Shown here: piece after piece, positions 1 to 24,546 of the stretch | Layout of the letters: each line of letters begins with the position of its first letter | Position numbering within the stretch: the stretch's first letter is position 1 | DNA from: the human T2T-CHM13v2.0 reference genome, Homo sapiens | Assembly (NCBI RefSeq): GCF_009914755.1 | Contig: NC_060941.1 | Length of the DNA: 64,000 nucleotides | Strand: one strand, 5' to 3' | Program-made: the position numbers and the translations under genes | Notes under the pieces: model-generated | What the model saw: the letters and a program-made list of their open reading frames with translations, nothing else | Databases searched by the model: none | What the model was told of the DNA's origin: nothing

Positions 1-1022
1 CCATGTAGCTTCTTTTAGTAGGACTTAATCTGTTACAACATAGTTAGTCACCCAGAGTATTAATAACCCACTATGGTAGAGATTTCTTCCTAGTAACAAG
101 TGACTTTTGTTCTTACATACTTAATTGGTTTGCAAAGACCTACCATCTTTAGATCCACTATATTTGTTTAGCAGATACTTTAGTATTTTCTGAGTACACA
201 AAGCAAATCTAATTCCATTATTTTCCTTGTTAAAATCCTTAAGTAGCTCCCTTCGCCTGTAGAATAAACTCAGGATTCTTACTGAGGTATGTTTAGCTTG
301 TTGGTCTGGCCCTTGCTCATTTCTCTAACCTTAATTGTGTACTCCCTCAATCCTATAGTGTTACAAAAGTACTTGTAGTTCCCTTAGCCAACCACACTTT
401 TACGTCTCTGTGCTTTACCACATGCTCTTTCTGTTGAGAATTCTCTCGCCTGCCTCCTTTGAACACATTGCTTTAGCTGTGTAGCCTTTGACAAGATCCC
501 TCTTACATATCTTTGTTTTGGCACTTTTTGCACAGAATTAGAACTTGTTTGCTCTTGCTATTCAAGTTCCTTTATTTAGATCAAGAATTCTGTGACATTT
601 TAGATCTTTTTATGCTTGTAACTTAATTTTTCAGCTTCTTGAAGCGTGAACAAATAACTGCTACATGTTAAGGGGGGTGAGAGAGGACTGGTCCAATAGT
701 TCCAAGGTCTTAAAATAAATCAAGAAACTCAATTACCTCAAATCCCTTGAACCATGCATGCTACCTTGCAGATGTTGCTCTTTCCTTTAACTTCATCTGT
801 ATTTGTTCTGCCTCTTATTTGAAACAGTTGAATGGCATGTTTGTTTGAAGAAGAGAAGGTCCAATACTTGGCTATTAATAGTCTCTCTTTAATTAACATA
901 ATGTAGATGTTATTGTGACCTTGAAGCATTAATGTTAAGTGAGGATTTGTGTTGATGAGCATATATGAATGTCAAGTCTTTGGAATCCACTTGGTAACAT
1001 GGTTTCTTATTATTTTTTCTAG

Positions 1023-1601
<579 letters not shown>

Positions 1602-4130
1602 AGCTCTTCCTATGTATTTATGCAAGTACAATAACTAGGGTTTACCTTTTTAAGTATATTGATTAAGTTTGGTTAAAGAAAATAGATCTGCTAATACCGA
1701 ACTTGATTTAAACCACTTTAATTACTTTTACTTGGAATGTATCTGTGGAATGTCTTAACATATATCTACTTAGAATAATTTTAAGTTTTAGAATAAATGC
1801 ATTTAAATTTTGTATCTGGTATAAAACTGTGCTAAACATATCTCTCTACAGAGGAAAGAAATTAGTGATTCATATTCTGGAATAGAACATACTTTACTAA
1901 TATTAGCACCTAAACATTGCAGAATTTTGTTATGATGATAAACTTGCCTTTGATTCTGTGCTTTTTTTTTTATACTTCGGGCTTGTGTTTCACTTAGATT
2001 ATTGGGTTCTAGAAATGGCTTGAATTTACAGTAATTGTTTAAAGTGTGTTTGTATTTAGGTGGATATTAAAGCTCTTGAGTGAAGGGTATTTGAGTTTAT
2101 TCAGACTAACTTTTTAATTGTCCCAACAAGGGAACTGTGCAGCTTAAGTCTAAACAGAGTTCAAAGACTCTTAGACTGTCACGGAAGCTGTATTCCTTTG
2201 AACTTTAGAATGAGACTAATTGACCCTTTAAAACAGATGTTTTTAAGAGGGCTCGGTGACAAACTGACTCTTAAAAAGGCATTCGATTGCCTGCTTTGTT
2301 TTTCATTTTGATAGAAGAAAGAAGAGTTCAAGTTCGCAGTAATTTGTTGATAAATTTGTGACTAAGTTATTAGAGGTGCTGAACTTTGACTTTTCTTTAC
2401 ATGATTTAAACTTTGTATATAGTAATAATACTAGTTGGAGAGTGAATAGGGTTGGGTAGGACTAGGATATTCAAACAAATAAGTCACTATCACATATCTA
2501 AGATAGAAACTCATCTCATCTCGAGGAAAAATGGTCCAGCTTTCACATAGGACCAGATGTTTTGTGACAGTAAGTGTTTTACTTCTATTACTTCTATTTA
2601 GGGTATTAAGCTTCCTTTCAGACTCTTTAAAGAATTTAAATTCAGGTCCTTAGCAATTCCCATGCCTCTCTATTAAAAGGCCATCATTTTAATTTTGCCA
2701 AAATTCTTTTCTATTTTTAATGTTATTGTTATCTTATCACATTTCTTAATGCTTTCTTATGTGTGCAGATGGTGAGTTATCTTAAATTAGATTGTATTAG
2801 TTATTGTCCTGTTCTATAAAAAGAATAAATTGAAAAGATTTTCGGAGCATTGTACAATAACATCATAGATTTGTCCCTATATGTCTGCACTATGGAGTCA
2901 AGCTGTCATCCCTTGTCCCCCTCCCCAAGACCACCCCACTTATGTATATATTCCAACCCCTAATAATCTGGGAGTTGAGGAAGGCAGCAAAGGAAAGTAA
3001 GTCATTCCAAAATACTGCTTCCCTCTGAAGCCAGTTTTGAACCCCTTGGCTTCTTTTTATAAACAGGACTGTAACTCTCACAATTTTTCAAGTCTGGTTG
3101 TGGTTTACATACTGTGTGGGATGGGAATAACATTCTTCATTTTATGAAAGAAATTTTTGCACATGTGTTACGGAGGGTTGTAGTACAAAGCTGTATGTTT
3201 TGCCCCCCTTCTTTGTCCCCCCAGCACCCGAATCTTAAAATTTTGGTCCTTCAGGAGCCAGATTCTCTGTGTCTCAGGAATGGTGTTTTTCTTAGTCTTT
3301 AAAGACTAATCTTGATAGCCTAGTGATAGTTGTAGGCTTTGGCCTCTATTAATTTATACCAAATCACATTTTGAACTGATGGATTTCAAACTACAAGTAC
3401 AAGCCTTTGCATCTGACTCAGTGGACTCTTAACACTCAAGGCAAATTTCATCCTTTTTTAACTAAATGCTTGCTTTCTTAATTGGATGAAGCTTGCACTT
3501 TGTTCTTATCTCCAGTATATTAACAGCATCTGAAACTATCCTCTTCCTTTGTCTCCCTCTCCTTTCCTCCAGCACCTCTACCTTCCCTTTGTTATCTTAA
3601 GCCGGTTAAATGTAGCAGGCACTTCTCTTACGTGCTAGTGGCAACAAGACAGAATTGAAGCAGATCCTCTTTTTAAAAAGCAGTTTCCACAAGATTTATT
3701 TAGATGAGAGATGACTGCCTTTAAAAAAATACATTTTCTTTCCCCCATGTGTTTGTTATCAGAGTTGCTTTGTCTTGTGTACATGCAACTAAGTTTATGT
3801 GTAAAGTAAACATACTTAATTACAAGTATGAAGGTGACAGCTTTGTTTTCAATTATTGTTAAGAAAACTATTCATTAGGCTTATTTTCAGTTGGGATTTA
3901 GAATTCCATGGAAGTCATACTATCTGTTTAAGGTGTGTTTATTAGAGGTAATGTAGTTTTTGCTTAAAACGTAGATGTAGATTGTTTGCTTAGTCTTAGC
4001 TGTTACCTCTTTAATGGTTGCTGCTGTATCGATGCAACTCGTCTCGTAATAGAACTATTTTTGTTTGGAAGTGACAGAGCTAGTCTAGGTAGGTATTCAT
4101 TCTAAACTTTACTCTTTTAATGATTTATAA

Positions 4131-4427
<297 letters not shown>

Positions 4428-4991
4428 TAACTAGTTTTTTATGAAGAAGAGGTTTAGAACACGGTTGTGCCCAGAATGCAGTTTGATTTTGAAATTAGGT
4501 CTTTCTATACTCAATCCTGTTGAATTTCACTTATTTTGGAAGACTTTTTTTTTCCTTCCTCCCATCCCTTCTCTTCTCCTTCCTCCCTCCCTTCTCTTCT
4601 TCCTCGCTCCCTTGCTATACTGACATATAATTTCAGAATGCTCTTACCAAGCGTTTTTAGCTCTTCTGTGGAGATTGAGTAGAAATTGAGTTTCTGTAAG
4701 AATGATTTGGGATTTATTATGGAGTATTTACTGCAGAATGAATGCTTCTATACCTTTTTGTTTAAGACGTATATGAGGCATATTTTAAACATTTATGTTA
4801 GGCTTTAACAAGATAATGTTTGGGGCTGATTTTAAGTTAAGAAGTATCAAATCTACAGTGAGAGATGAAGTAACAAATAATTATAAATCCTGCTAAAGAT
4901 GACAAAGCATTCTAATTATTTCATTACTTGATGAATCTGAGAGTTTTTGATTTATGGGTCTTCAAACGTTATTCTCTTTGATCCTTTATAG

Positions 4992-5222
<231 letters not shown>

Positions 5223-5445
5223 TAATTTCAAAATAGCCTTCTCCCTTCCTAAGTAATTTTAGTATTCACATTTGTGGTGACTTAATTTGTTCAAATTTTG
5301 CATCTAGTGATACTTGTCTAAAATGAATAATGTTCTTTCACAACTCGTTCTGTTGGCTGTTTATATTCTTTGATTGCTAAAGTGCACATTTATATGCTGT
5401 ACATCTAGAGAGTTTGATTTAGTAGGTGTTGCCTATAATTTTTTT

Positions 5446-5706
5446 TGTTTATTTGTTGCTTTTTGAGACAGGGTGTCACTCTGTTGCCCAGGCTGGAGTG
5501 CAGTGGCGCAGTCATGGGCTCACTGCAGCCTCGACCTTCTGGGCTCAAGTGATCCCTCTGTCTCAGCCTCCCGAGTAGCTGGGACTACAGGCATGTGCCA
5601 CCATGCCTGGCTAAATTTTGTATTTTTGTAGAGACAGGGTCTCACTATACTGCCCAGGCTGGTCTCAAACCTCTGGGTCCAAGTGATCCTCCCGCCTTGG
5701 TCTCCC
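5446..5706 (-). mobile_element. AluJ
   Basis: Alu consensus. Confidence 0.9.
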
Positions 5707-7207
5707 AATATAATCTGCATTTTAAATACCTTATATGGCTTGATATAGAGGCAATGTAGACTACAGGTGAATAACACTGACTTAAGTTAGAGGTTTTCAA
5801 CCATGACTACACATTGGAATCGCCTGGACAGATTGTAGTACTTTGTATATTAGACTTAGTTGCAGGTAATAGAAACAAGGTCTGGTTGATTAGAGCAATG
5901 GTCTGTTTAGTGAAGGATATTGGATAGTTTACAACAGCTGGGGAGGCTGTAAAACCAAGACTGGGAAATGAGGAGAAATAATGGAAAATGAGCAGTGGTC
6001 AGGGTCCCAGCCAACAACTATTCCACAGAACTCTGAGGACACTTCTGGATCCATGATTGCATTTCTGGATGCTTGGAAATTTGATTTGACTACTATTTCC
6101 ACTACCAGAGTAGCATCTCTGAAATCCTAATACTTTTGTGTTCCTAGCTCCCTGTTCAAAGTCTAGTTTTAGGCAAGATCAGATGCCCACATCTTATGTC
6201 TGAGAGGTTTGGAAATAATTATTTGGTGTTTGGTGCTCCTAAAACAGAAGGCTGGTTCTACCACCAACAAAACTTGTAAAGAGTATCTTCCCTCTTGTTG
6301 TCCCATCAGGAAGAGGGTTTAGATTCTAGGCAGACCAAAAAATTTGAACTTCACTTTTGTTAGGACATGTGTCTCTCTCTTTGTAAGTAAGCAGTTTTTA
6401 AAAATTGAGATAGAGATTGCTTAAGATATCATCTGTAGCCTGTCAGGAGAGAGGAAACAGTAAGTAATGACATACAATTCTGCTTAAAATTTCACGATAG
6501 CCCCTGAATTGAGGATAATGCTACCAACACCTCAATGTGACAGTGGTAGAAAGCACTGATATTTAGATCTGAATAGATGAAATTTAAACAGAAAAAAACA
6601 CATAGTTTTAGAAATTAGATATTATCCTTAAAACATAAGGCCAGGACATTTATTGAAAAGTTCTACTAGAAAAAAGTTTCAATGTCATTTTGAACAGTAT
6701 CTGGAAACCTGTTTATAGGTTATTGAGCCTATTATTTCATACATGGTGCTATCCTGTCTGCCATGGCTTTTGAAGGAAGATACCAAGTTTTTCAGTATGG
6801 CTAGTCATCCTAATGAAGGATGATGAGACCCTATAACATTCATATGGTATGTGTCTTGGAAACTGAATTTTTTTTTGTCTGAGTTCATTTCTGGCATGAC
6901 TAAGGAAAATATATAGTACTTTTTCATTGAGATTATTTACTTTTCTCTTGCCTGGCTTATGTGCAGCATTGGATATTTTAAACCAAAATGTTCTCATTTA
7001 GTTTATGGGATGTTTGTGATTAGAGAGGCAACTCAAATTAGGTATATACATTCATTCTGTTTTAGTGTATATGTATAGGTAGAGAAGAATTTAACAACTT
7101 AGGTTTCTATTTGGAAATACTAAATTAAAATTTAAAGCTAGGAGAAAAGTACCATTGTAGGTAATGTATTACCCTTCTATACCATTTATTTCAGGTAGAT
7201 TATTTGA

Positions 7208-7925
<718 letters not shown>

Positions 7926-7940
7926 TTATATACATTTTGA

Positions 7941-8075
<135 letters not shown>

Positions 8076-8231
8076 TAAGCAAAATAAATGACTTTTTAAA
8101 AATCTCTCCTCTTAAAAGAAATTAACCCAAAGACTATTCATGGTAGATATAATTTAAGTGATGCTTAAAAGAATACTTTTTTAAAGTTTATTAGTGAAGC
8201 TTTGTAAAATAATACCTTGGCTTTTCATGTA

Positions 8232-12353
<4,122 letters not shown>

Positions 12354-12606
12354 TAATACGTAAACTGTGCTATCTAAGTTTTGAATTGTCTTTCCTCTTA
12401 TCAGTTTCATGTTATATAAGAGCTTGGGATATCCATATTTAAATGTGCTGTAGAAATGAAGGAAACTTTAAATATTAGCTTATAATTTTTCAAATAACCC
12501 TCTTGTTCTGGAATTTTACCATCTCTAAAATGGAATTAGACTGAATGTTTTTATTTTCTGTTTGTAGATTCATTATTTTACTAAAGTGTTGATTTTCTTT
12601 CTGTAG

Positions 12607-12792
<186 letters not shown>

Positions 12793-13385
12793 TGAAACTT
12801 AAGCAATAAAATAAGATAACCTGATGAGTTGGGAACAATCCTGTCCTTTTGAGAAATTACTCCCCAAGATAAAAAAATAGAAAATAAACATATTACTGTT
12901 AGTTTTTTTCCAAAAAGTAAATAGTAACTTTGGATATTAGAAAATAATATATATCAAAGCACGATGTAAGCTGATAAAAAAGAAAATAATATATACCTAA
13001 AAATAGAGATGTGTATGAATACAAAGTCTCTCTTTAATCCTGTCTCAGAGAAACTGGTTTATAGCCATCTAGGACTGTATAGATGCATTACTGTCAAAAG
13101 AAGTGATTCCCCATGCAAAGAAACAATTTAGGGTCATATTTGACAGACTATTCTTTTTAAGGAATTTTCTGTTATCTCCAAGGCAGAGCAGTTATCAACT
13201 ACAGGGAAAAGAATTCTACCTACATCCCTTTTCCTAGCTCCTTAATTAAGCATTACTATTACATGTTAGAAGGTGATATGTTTCAGTACCTCTTGTGGGA
13301 TGCCTGGAAAGCTAATCAGTTTGGTAGGAAAAATATTATCCGTTCTAAATTTGTCATTTTTGAAAAACCTCTTCATACCATCTAG

Positions 13386-13724
<339 letters not shown>

Positions 13725-14237
13725 TATTTTAATATTAATAAGAATATTTTACCAGGAGCTATGTTAATTTTCTGAAAAATGGCTAAACATTTTAAAAATA
13801 CTGTTACTGGTCTTGCCTTTTACTCATTTTCTTCCAAATTAGTATTTTTCCCAGATAATAAGCAAAGGAAGTAGATAGATTTTGTTTCTCCTTCATTCAG
13901 TTAATTTTTGAAAAATGTTATGTATATGAAGAGACAATTCCTCTAGGGAAAGGGAGTGCATCCCTACCTACCCATGCCCCACCTTAACTCCAGACCTGGT
14001 TAGGTGCTTTTGCTCTGTACTCCTAGAACTTAGGGCTTTCTCCTCATAACACTTACCATACTTATTAAAATTGCTCGCTAAGCTGTTGCAGTCACTATTC
14101 ATCATTAGAAAAAGGGATTGTCTTTAGTAAATTATATTTCTAGCACCAGTCAGTGTCTGGGACAAAAGCAGTTTTAAAAATTCAGTAGCTTTCAGATATT
14201 CAGTTATGAGTGTCTTGCTTAGAAAAATCAAGAATAA

Positions 14238-14540
14238 GGCTAGGCTCAGTGGCTCATACCTGTAATCCCAGCACTTTGGGAGGCCGATGCGGGCAGATTG
14301 CCTGAGCTCAGGAGTTCAAGACCAGCCTGGCCAACATGGTGAAACCCTGTCTCTACTAAAAATACAAAAAGTTAGCCGGCTGTGGTGGTGCATGCCTGTA
14401 ATGCTAGCTACTCGGGAGGCTGAGGCAAAAGAATCACTTGAACCTGGGAGGCGGAGGTTTCTATGAGCTGAGATCGCGCCACTGTACTCTAGCCTGGATG
14501 ACAGAGCAAGACTCTGTCTCAAAAAAAAAAAAAAAAAGAA
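14238..14540 (+). mobile_element. AluS with TSD gaaaatcaagaata
   Basis: Alu consensus. Confidence 0.92.
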
Positions 14541-14647
14541 GGAAAATCAAGAATATATTGGTCTTTTGGTGAACTAGATTAGTGATAATTTAATAATCAT
14601 GAAGTTGTGAAGCCAGGGGCTTTTTTTTTTAAACTCTTAATTAATTA

Positions 14648-15090
<443 letters not shown>

Positions 15091-16189
15091 ACTTTTTGTT
15101 TCTGCTGTTGTGCTGTTTTAAGATAGCGCTTAACCTTAAATAATTTCATGACACATTCTTGGTGTTCATAACTCTAATTCTGGGAACTTGTTGATTGTTA
15201 CTTTCCCTTCCTCCCAAATTTTATGTGCCAGCTACTTTGAGTAAAGAGATGAGTATTTACAGTAACCTTAGGGCTTTCTTCTACTCTTTGCTAAAGTCTA
15301 CCAACTTGGCATATTCCCTGAAGGAATGAGTAAGTGGCTTCTATGGGTTGAAAAAGCAAAATCAATTAAAGTGATATTATAGTCAACATCTGACTTAAAT
15401 TCTTAATTTGATAGAACTGAGTACTTTAGAAGACACTGGAGCCTTTTCTGTTTCCTGTAGCAGATCTTACTAAGGACTGGTTGCTAGAAATCTGCTAGAA
15501 CAGTCTTTAAGTATGATAACGATAAAACTGTGGATTCAGTATGTGGGGAAACCTAAGGTAAGATTTGAGTTAAGGTTGGGGCTCAGGAATGCAAATAACT
15601 ATAAAGAAAGTAATTATTACTTCCTTTAAATAAGCCTTGAGGATGGAGGTCGGACCTATAGAAGTAAAATCTTGGAGGTTGAAATTTCTTCATTTTCCCT
15701 GAAAGGAGTAGTAGAATCGGCAGGGCAGACTGTTACCTATCTATCTATTTGGTTCACTGAGTTCTCAAGTATTTTTCAATTCTTACTGATTTGGGGACAG
15801 AAATTTCCTATATTCATTTATTCAACAAATTAAATACGTTTTATGCTATACTAATTGCATATTGCTAGTAATACAGTTAAACAAAGACAAACCCCCTTTC
15901 CTCATGTGAACAGTAACTGAGAAAAAATTATACAATTATATTAGGTTGAGAAGTGCTGTTGGGGTAATATGAGTAGTTTATAAGCTAGGGCATATGACTA
16001 GTTCTGCACTGGGGAATGGGATGGATGGGTAGAGAAGGACTCCCTTTCTCTATGGCAGTTGACAGTAGTTCAGCTTTTGGGGCAAGCCAGAAAATATTCT
16101 GTGGCATTGAGAGGTTTGAGGGTAGGTAATTTTCCAAACAAGCAATTAGAAATTGGCCTTTACTGATATTATTATTATTTTATTTTTAT

Positions 16190-16498
16190 TTTTTATTTTT
16201 AATTAATTTTTTTTTTTTTGAGACAGAGTCTCCCTCTGTTGCCCAGGCTGGAGTGCAGTCGTGCCATCTTGGCTTACTGAAACCTCTGCCTCCTGGGTTC
16301 AAGCGATTCTCCTGCTTCATCCTCCCTAGTGACTACAGGCGCGTGCCACCATGCCCGGCTAATTTTTATATTTTTTTTTTAGTAGAGGTGGGGTTTCACC
16401 ATGTTGGTCAGGCTGGTCTTGAACTCCTGACCTCATGATCCACCTGCCTTGGCCTCCCAAAGTGCTGGGATTACAGGCGTGAGCCACTGCACCCGGCC
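16190..16498 (-). mobile_element. AluS
   Basis: Alu consensus. Confidence 0.92.
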
Positions 16499-17105
16499 TA
16501 TTTTTTCAAGCACCTACCATGTTCCTTGTATTATGTTAGCTGCTTGAGGATTCAGTGGTCCCTCCCTTCATTGAGTATATAATCTGCTCTCTAGGAATGA
16601 AAATGTAATTAACGAAAATTACCAAAAAATTCTTGTAAAGAAAAATCCTAAAATTAAAAGGAGTATACCTTAAACAACTTGCAAGTGAACCCTAAATGTC
16701 ATTTAGATATCATAGCTTCTTCAGTGTCATTTTCTGTAGGTTATCAAGATTGAAGTCCTCAAGAAGTTTTAAATTATGTGGAGTTGTCTTTCAGAGCTCA
16801 ATTAAGTGGGAATGTTAATTTTTGATACTGACTGTGTTAAGAATGAATAGATGGTATCAAAGCAGTTAGTTTGGACAATGAAGTAAGTTATTTAGATTAT
16901 AGAATAGCCATATTTTAGGAACCACATAATGGCCTAACACCCTATGACATTTGTTTTCAAATCTCCTTAATTTTTTTTCTCCTTGTCTTCCTTCCTTTCA
17001 TTATTTTTTAATGGCAGCAAGAAAACAGCTGTCACAATTTCATTACCTTTGTGACTCAGTATTAACCTGTTCTAAACAGATTTGGTATCATTTGTATCCA
17101 AATGA

Positions 17106-17384
<279 letters not shown>

Positions 17385-18115
17385 TAATATTCTGTTTCTT
17401 ATATTACTAGAAAAGGAACCAGCTTCCTACAGATAAACTGTTTTTAGATTACATTTGGGTTACATTTTCCTTTAGTAGAATTCCTTGTCAATGCCTCTAG
17501 ATTTGGTTAATTTTCTCTGGATTTGATTAGTTTTTTAAAACCCAGATTGTTAGAAGGATATGTGGGTCTAGCAAGCTTTTGATTTACATAGATGTAGTAA
17601 TGTTTAGTCATTTAGGTGTTATACTGTTTGACCTCATAAATGATAGTTACTGATTTTATTTCCATAACTTGGACATGAAATACATACTGTCCAATTTTAT
17701 AGTGGGTAGAGCTGTCAAAATTAGGCTGAATTTATTCTTATCACTTTTGATGTTAGTTTATGGTGGACTGAATTAACACCTTACATTCCTGACCAATATT
17801 CATTATGAAATTTGTACTTAATATGAACTTGGGATAATACTTAGCTATAACTGTTTTATGATTATAACTATTCTCTTACACACTGACATTGTAATTTAAG
17901 TTGATGTATTTTTGATTCTGGATAATTTTTTTTTTTTTCCAAATTCTGGATAATCTTATAACATTGAACCAGGGGTATGAAAGACAGTGACTAAATATTT
18001 ACTCCAGATGGTAAAGATTTGAAACTTCCTAACTTGATGTTAATAGATGGATTCATTCCTTTAAGATTGACCTAAGAGATTGATCTCTACAGGGTGTTTA
18101 GTGTGATGTTTGGAT

Positions 18116-18395
<280 letters not shown>

Positions 18396-18538
18396 TAAAT
18401 TATGTTGACATAATCTTGCTTTGGTTGCATTAAATATGATATTGGCAAGTTAAAATCATTTAGGCTGCACCACAATGTCTCCATTACTGCTGGTAGAAAC
18501 AGAACAAAAACACACATTGCATAAGATGGATTCACTTA

Positions 18539-18871
<333 letters not shown>

Positions 18872-19539
18872 TTAGTAAGACAGGATGGCTATCTAATTAG
18901 CAATGAGATACTGTTTCCCAGAGATTTCACAGAATGTTAGTTGGTGTTACATGGAAAAATATTTAACTTGGTTTCTTGAAATTTATTTAAATATGAACCT
19001 TTTCTAAATGTTAACTAGCTTTCTTTACTGTAGGTCTTCTCCATGCCTTTTATATTCACTCAGTACTTATTTCTCTTTACAGAGAGCATATAATGGTAGT
19101 ATGTTTTCCTGAGCACATTATTCCTTATGTGGAATAGTGACTGAGAAACAGCCAAAGGATGTTGTTTGTTTCTAGGATAACAAACAAGTTTTAGCTGTCC
19201 ATTAGTGTTAATTCCTTTCACACCACCACATAAAAAAGCCTTTCTCCTCAAAGTTGTAGTATGGAATTGCCATTGTCAAGAACTGAAGTAGTATTGTTTA
19301 AAGCACTCTGAATAGTGAATAACATTTAATGTTATTATTCTTTCAGCGTTAGTATATGTTAGGACTGTTTTTATATTATTAATTCTAAGTCCTTGTTTCT
19401 TGACCCAGTTTCTGGCAATCTTGTAAGATACCAGAGAATACTACATCAGATTTGGGATATTTGGACAGGAGTCTCTGATGAAGAATAGCCACACTAGCGA
19501 GTATTTGAGGTCCATCCTAATTGATTAAGATAAGGCAGG

Positions 19540-19652
19540 GCTGAGTTTGGTGGCTTACGCCTGTAATCCCACTACTTTGGGAGGCTGAGGCAAAAGGATC
19601 ACTTGATGCAAAGAGTTTGAGACCAGCCTAGGCAACACAGCGAGACCCTATT
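19540..19652 (+). mobile_element. Alu monomer (FLAM-like)
   Basis: Left-arm consensus only. Confidence 0.82.
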
Positions 19653-20563
19653 AAATAAATACACAATATTTTTTAAAAAGATAAGGGAGGGTGAGAACAG
19701 CCAAGGTAACTGAGTTGACCTACGTAACAGGGTGAAAGCTTTTTAGGTATCATTATCCTTTTCTGTGAACAGTCATATGGGACCATTTGTGGTATTAATA
19801 AAAGAGACATTAATCAACTATTCATTAGCATGTTCAGTTAAGATTATCGACTCTGATACAACTTTTTATTTTTGGCACTAAATATCATTTATAAGAGCTA
19901 GTCCCCAAAGTAGAAAATCTACTATAGTATGTAAACCAGAACTCTTAGGAAATGAATTTCCAGATTGGGCAGCTGAATGAGTAAGGCAGACTGAATAACA
20001 CAGAAGACAGTATCTGCCTGTATACTACCTAAAAATTCTTAAGAGTGTCCTTCCTGCCCTATAAGCTTAAATCCAAGTCAAGAAGATAGTGGTGCTTAGA
20101 TCCCTCAGACATATATAGGTTACACTGTGAGTTTAATAACTGTCCTTATGGTAAACCTCATCTGGCTCCTTCATTATCAAATTTTCAGTTGATAACATTA
20201 CATTAAAAGTTGCTTTTTGTTTTTGAAAAATTGGGGCCATGTGATGTGAGTCTGATATCTGAATATTCTTAGTAGCTAGAAGTACAAGAGGTACAAGATT
20301 GTACTTTGAAGTACTTAAATCCTTAACAAGGTAGTTGATAGTATCTATAAGATTGCAGTCTTGGTGAGCTTTTTATCGTTAAACAGGATTTGTGGAGAAT
20401 TCTACTGAGACATTGCTGTGAACACAAGATTAAGAGTCTACCAACCACAACCCCTGCATATTTATAATATATTCTGTGAAACTAAGTACCTTTCATACTA
20501 GTTATTACTTATAGTGGACATAGTGTCAACTGCTCATTTCTAAAACAGTTCATGGATCACTAA

Positions 20564-20785
<222 letters not shown>

Positions 20786-21014
20786 TGACAGAGAAATTAG
20801 CCTGTATTAACTCTTGATTACTTTAATAGTGAATTTCCTTTCATTTTGATTTACTTTGAAATGTATAAAAATTCTCTTACCCCTCATATCAAATTCATAC
20901 TTGTTAAATTGAGAAAATTACTTTTGCATGGCTTATCAGAATTTCAGATAGCAGGCACGTTTAACATGTTAGAACAAACTTTTGAAATATTCATTTATTG
21001 AAAATGGATAAGCC

Positions 21015-21296
21015 AGGCCAGGTGTGGTGGCTTGCGCCTGTAATCCCAGCACTTTGGGAGGCCAAGGCAGGCAGATCACTTGAACTCAGGAATTTGAGAC
21101 CAGCCTGGGTAACATGGTGAAACCTTGTCTTTACTAAAAATACAAAAAAGTAGCCAGGCGTGGTGGTGTGTCTGTGGTCTTAGCTACTCAGGAGGTCAAG
21201 GTAGGAGGATCACTTGAGCCCAGGGGGCAGAGGTTTCAGTGAATCGAGATTGCACCTCTGCACTCCAGCTTGGATGACAAAGCAAGACCCTGTCTC

Positions 21297-21330
<34 letters not shown>
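21015..21330 (+). mobile_element. AluJ/S with TSD aaaatggataagccag
   Basis: Alu consensus. Confidence 0.92.
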
Positions 21331-21332
<2 letters not shown>

Positions 21333-21531
21333 TGGATAAGCCAGTTATAAAAATTGACAGATGTTTGTTCAAATATGTCATCACCAAGGTCTAACTGGGC
21401 ACCTTAAATTGAAAATGAATTTGTGCTTTCACCAGTAGTTCTATATTAGTGAGATTTTATAGTAGAAAAAGTCTTTAAATGCTATAAAATTGAAACTTAG
21501 GAGCAGCGTTTAAGTCTTTGTTTGTTTATAG

Positions 21532-21660
<129 letters not shown>

Positions 21661-21704
21661 TGATTAAAATATATTTTGTAGAAGCTGATTGAAATGGAGA
21701 GTGG

Positions 21705-21983
<279 letters not shown>

Positions 21984-22300
21984 GAAAACTTACAGTTTGT
22001 AGAAATTAAAGCTTTGTCACTCTATATGGATAAACCTCAAATGCCTTGCAAAAAAAGCAAGTTGCAAAAGAATGGACAGTATGAAACCATCTGCATGTAG
22101 TTTTAATACATGCAAAACAAACATCTTATTTAGAGATGTATGTGTATTAAAAATATGAAAAATACATGGGGATGATAAAACAGGATAGTGGTTGCCACTG
22201 GGTGTGGGGAGAGGGAAGAGATGCATTTGTAAGTGTGAGTCAGAGTCCTTCATATTTATGCTATTGGTTTTCTAAAGTTCATAAAAATAAAGGTCTGTCA

Positions 22301-22618
<318 letters not shown>

Positions 22619-22846
22619 GGTCTGTCGGTTCAGTTGTATTCTGCTGTTATGTAATATCTTGAAATATTTTGTAGTTGTTTTTATCAGAACTCAAAATAAC
22701 TATGATCCCTAGAGGACAAAAATTTGTTCTTAAGTGTTTATATTGTCCAAATAAAATTCTCAGGTAAAGAAAGAGTTCATGCATAATTTTGTCTACATAC
22801 TCTCCATAGTATCTTAAAACAATTTCTTTTAAATCTTTTTTTGTAG

Positions 22847-23140
<294 letters not shown>

Positions 23141-23169
23141 TAAACCTTAATCTGTAATACGGATATTGA

Positions 23170-23406
<237 letters not shown>

Positions 23407-23540
23407 TAATAGATGGTGTTAGTTGTGATTAATAGGTACACTGAAAATGTGTTTGTGGTACTAAATATTAATAATTTCATACCACCATGAGGTTCAACAT
23501 TATTTCATTTATTCATTCATTCATTTATTTTGTCTTGTAG

Positions 23541-23726
<186 letters not shown>

Positions 23727-24003
23727 TAGGAGTTTTTGAGTTTTTAAAAAAAGTACTTAAGGTAGCCAAGAAGAGGTATGCTTATGATCAGGCTATTGGA
23801 AATTTTGTTTTTCTAAAAATTTGGTTCTATGGGACATTTTAATTTTTTAAGTTTTATTCAATATATGTCAAGGCCCTTTTATGTTGGATTCTAAGGATAT
23901 GCAGTGAACCAGACCATCTGTTTGGATATTTTATAGATGAATTAAAGGTAGAATTTTAAGAGAAAAATATGTAGTGGTGTTGAAATTGTATAAAATGAAA
24001 ATA

Positions 24004-24222
24004 CAGGTTGAGTGTCCCTAATCTGAAAATCCAAAATGCACCAAAGTCCAAAACTTTTTGAGCACCAACATAACGCTCAAAGGAAATGCTTGTTGGAGCA
24101 TTTCAGAAATCGGATTTTCAGATTAGGGATGCTGATCAGGTAATTATAATGCGAATATTCCAAAGTTCAAAATCTGAAACACGTCTGGTCTCAAGTATTT
24201 TGGATAAGGGATACTCAGTCTG
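24004..24222. mobile_element. Tigger4a/MER46 (Zombi) MITE
   Basis: TIRs CAGGTTGAGTGTCCCTAATC / GATAAGGGATACTCAGTCTG with TA on both sides. Confidence 0.88.
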
Positions 24223-24320
24223 TACTAATGATCAGGTATAATAAAATTTTATGCTTATATGTCTGACTCTTATAATAGCAGGTGATTCTCACTAAGGGCA
24301 TTTTGTGATTTGTTGCTATT

Positions 24321-24546
24321 TAGCAGGATTTCTTAACCTTAGTACTATAGACATTTAGGGCTGGATAATCATTGTAGAGGGGTGTTCCTGTACATGTAGA
24401 ATATTTAGTAGAATATTCAGCAGCATTCCTGGTTTCTACCCACTAGATTCCAGTAGCGTCAGCTCCACCAGTTGTGACAACCAAAAATGTCTTCAGACAT
24501 TGCCAGTGTCACCTGTGAGGAAAATCACCTCAGTTGAGAACCACTG
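24321..24546 (+). mobile_element. MER20 (hAT-Charlie)
   Basis: ccagttgtgacaaccaaaaatgtc...cagacattgcca...gttgagaaccactg. Confidence 0.85.
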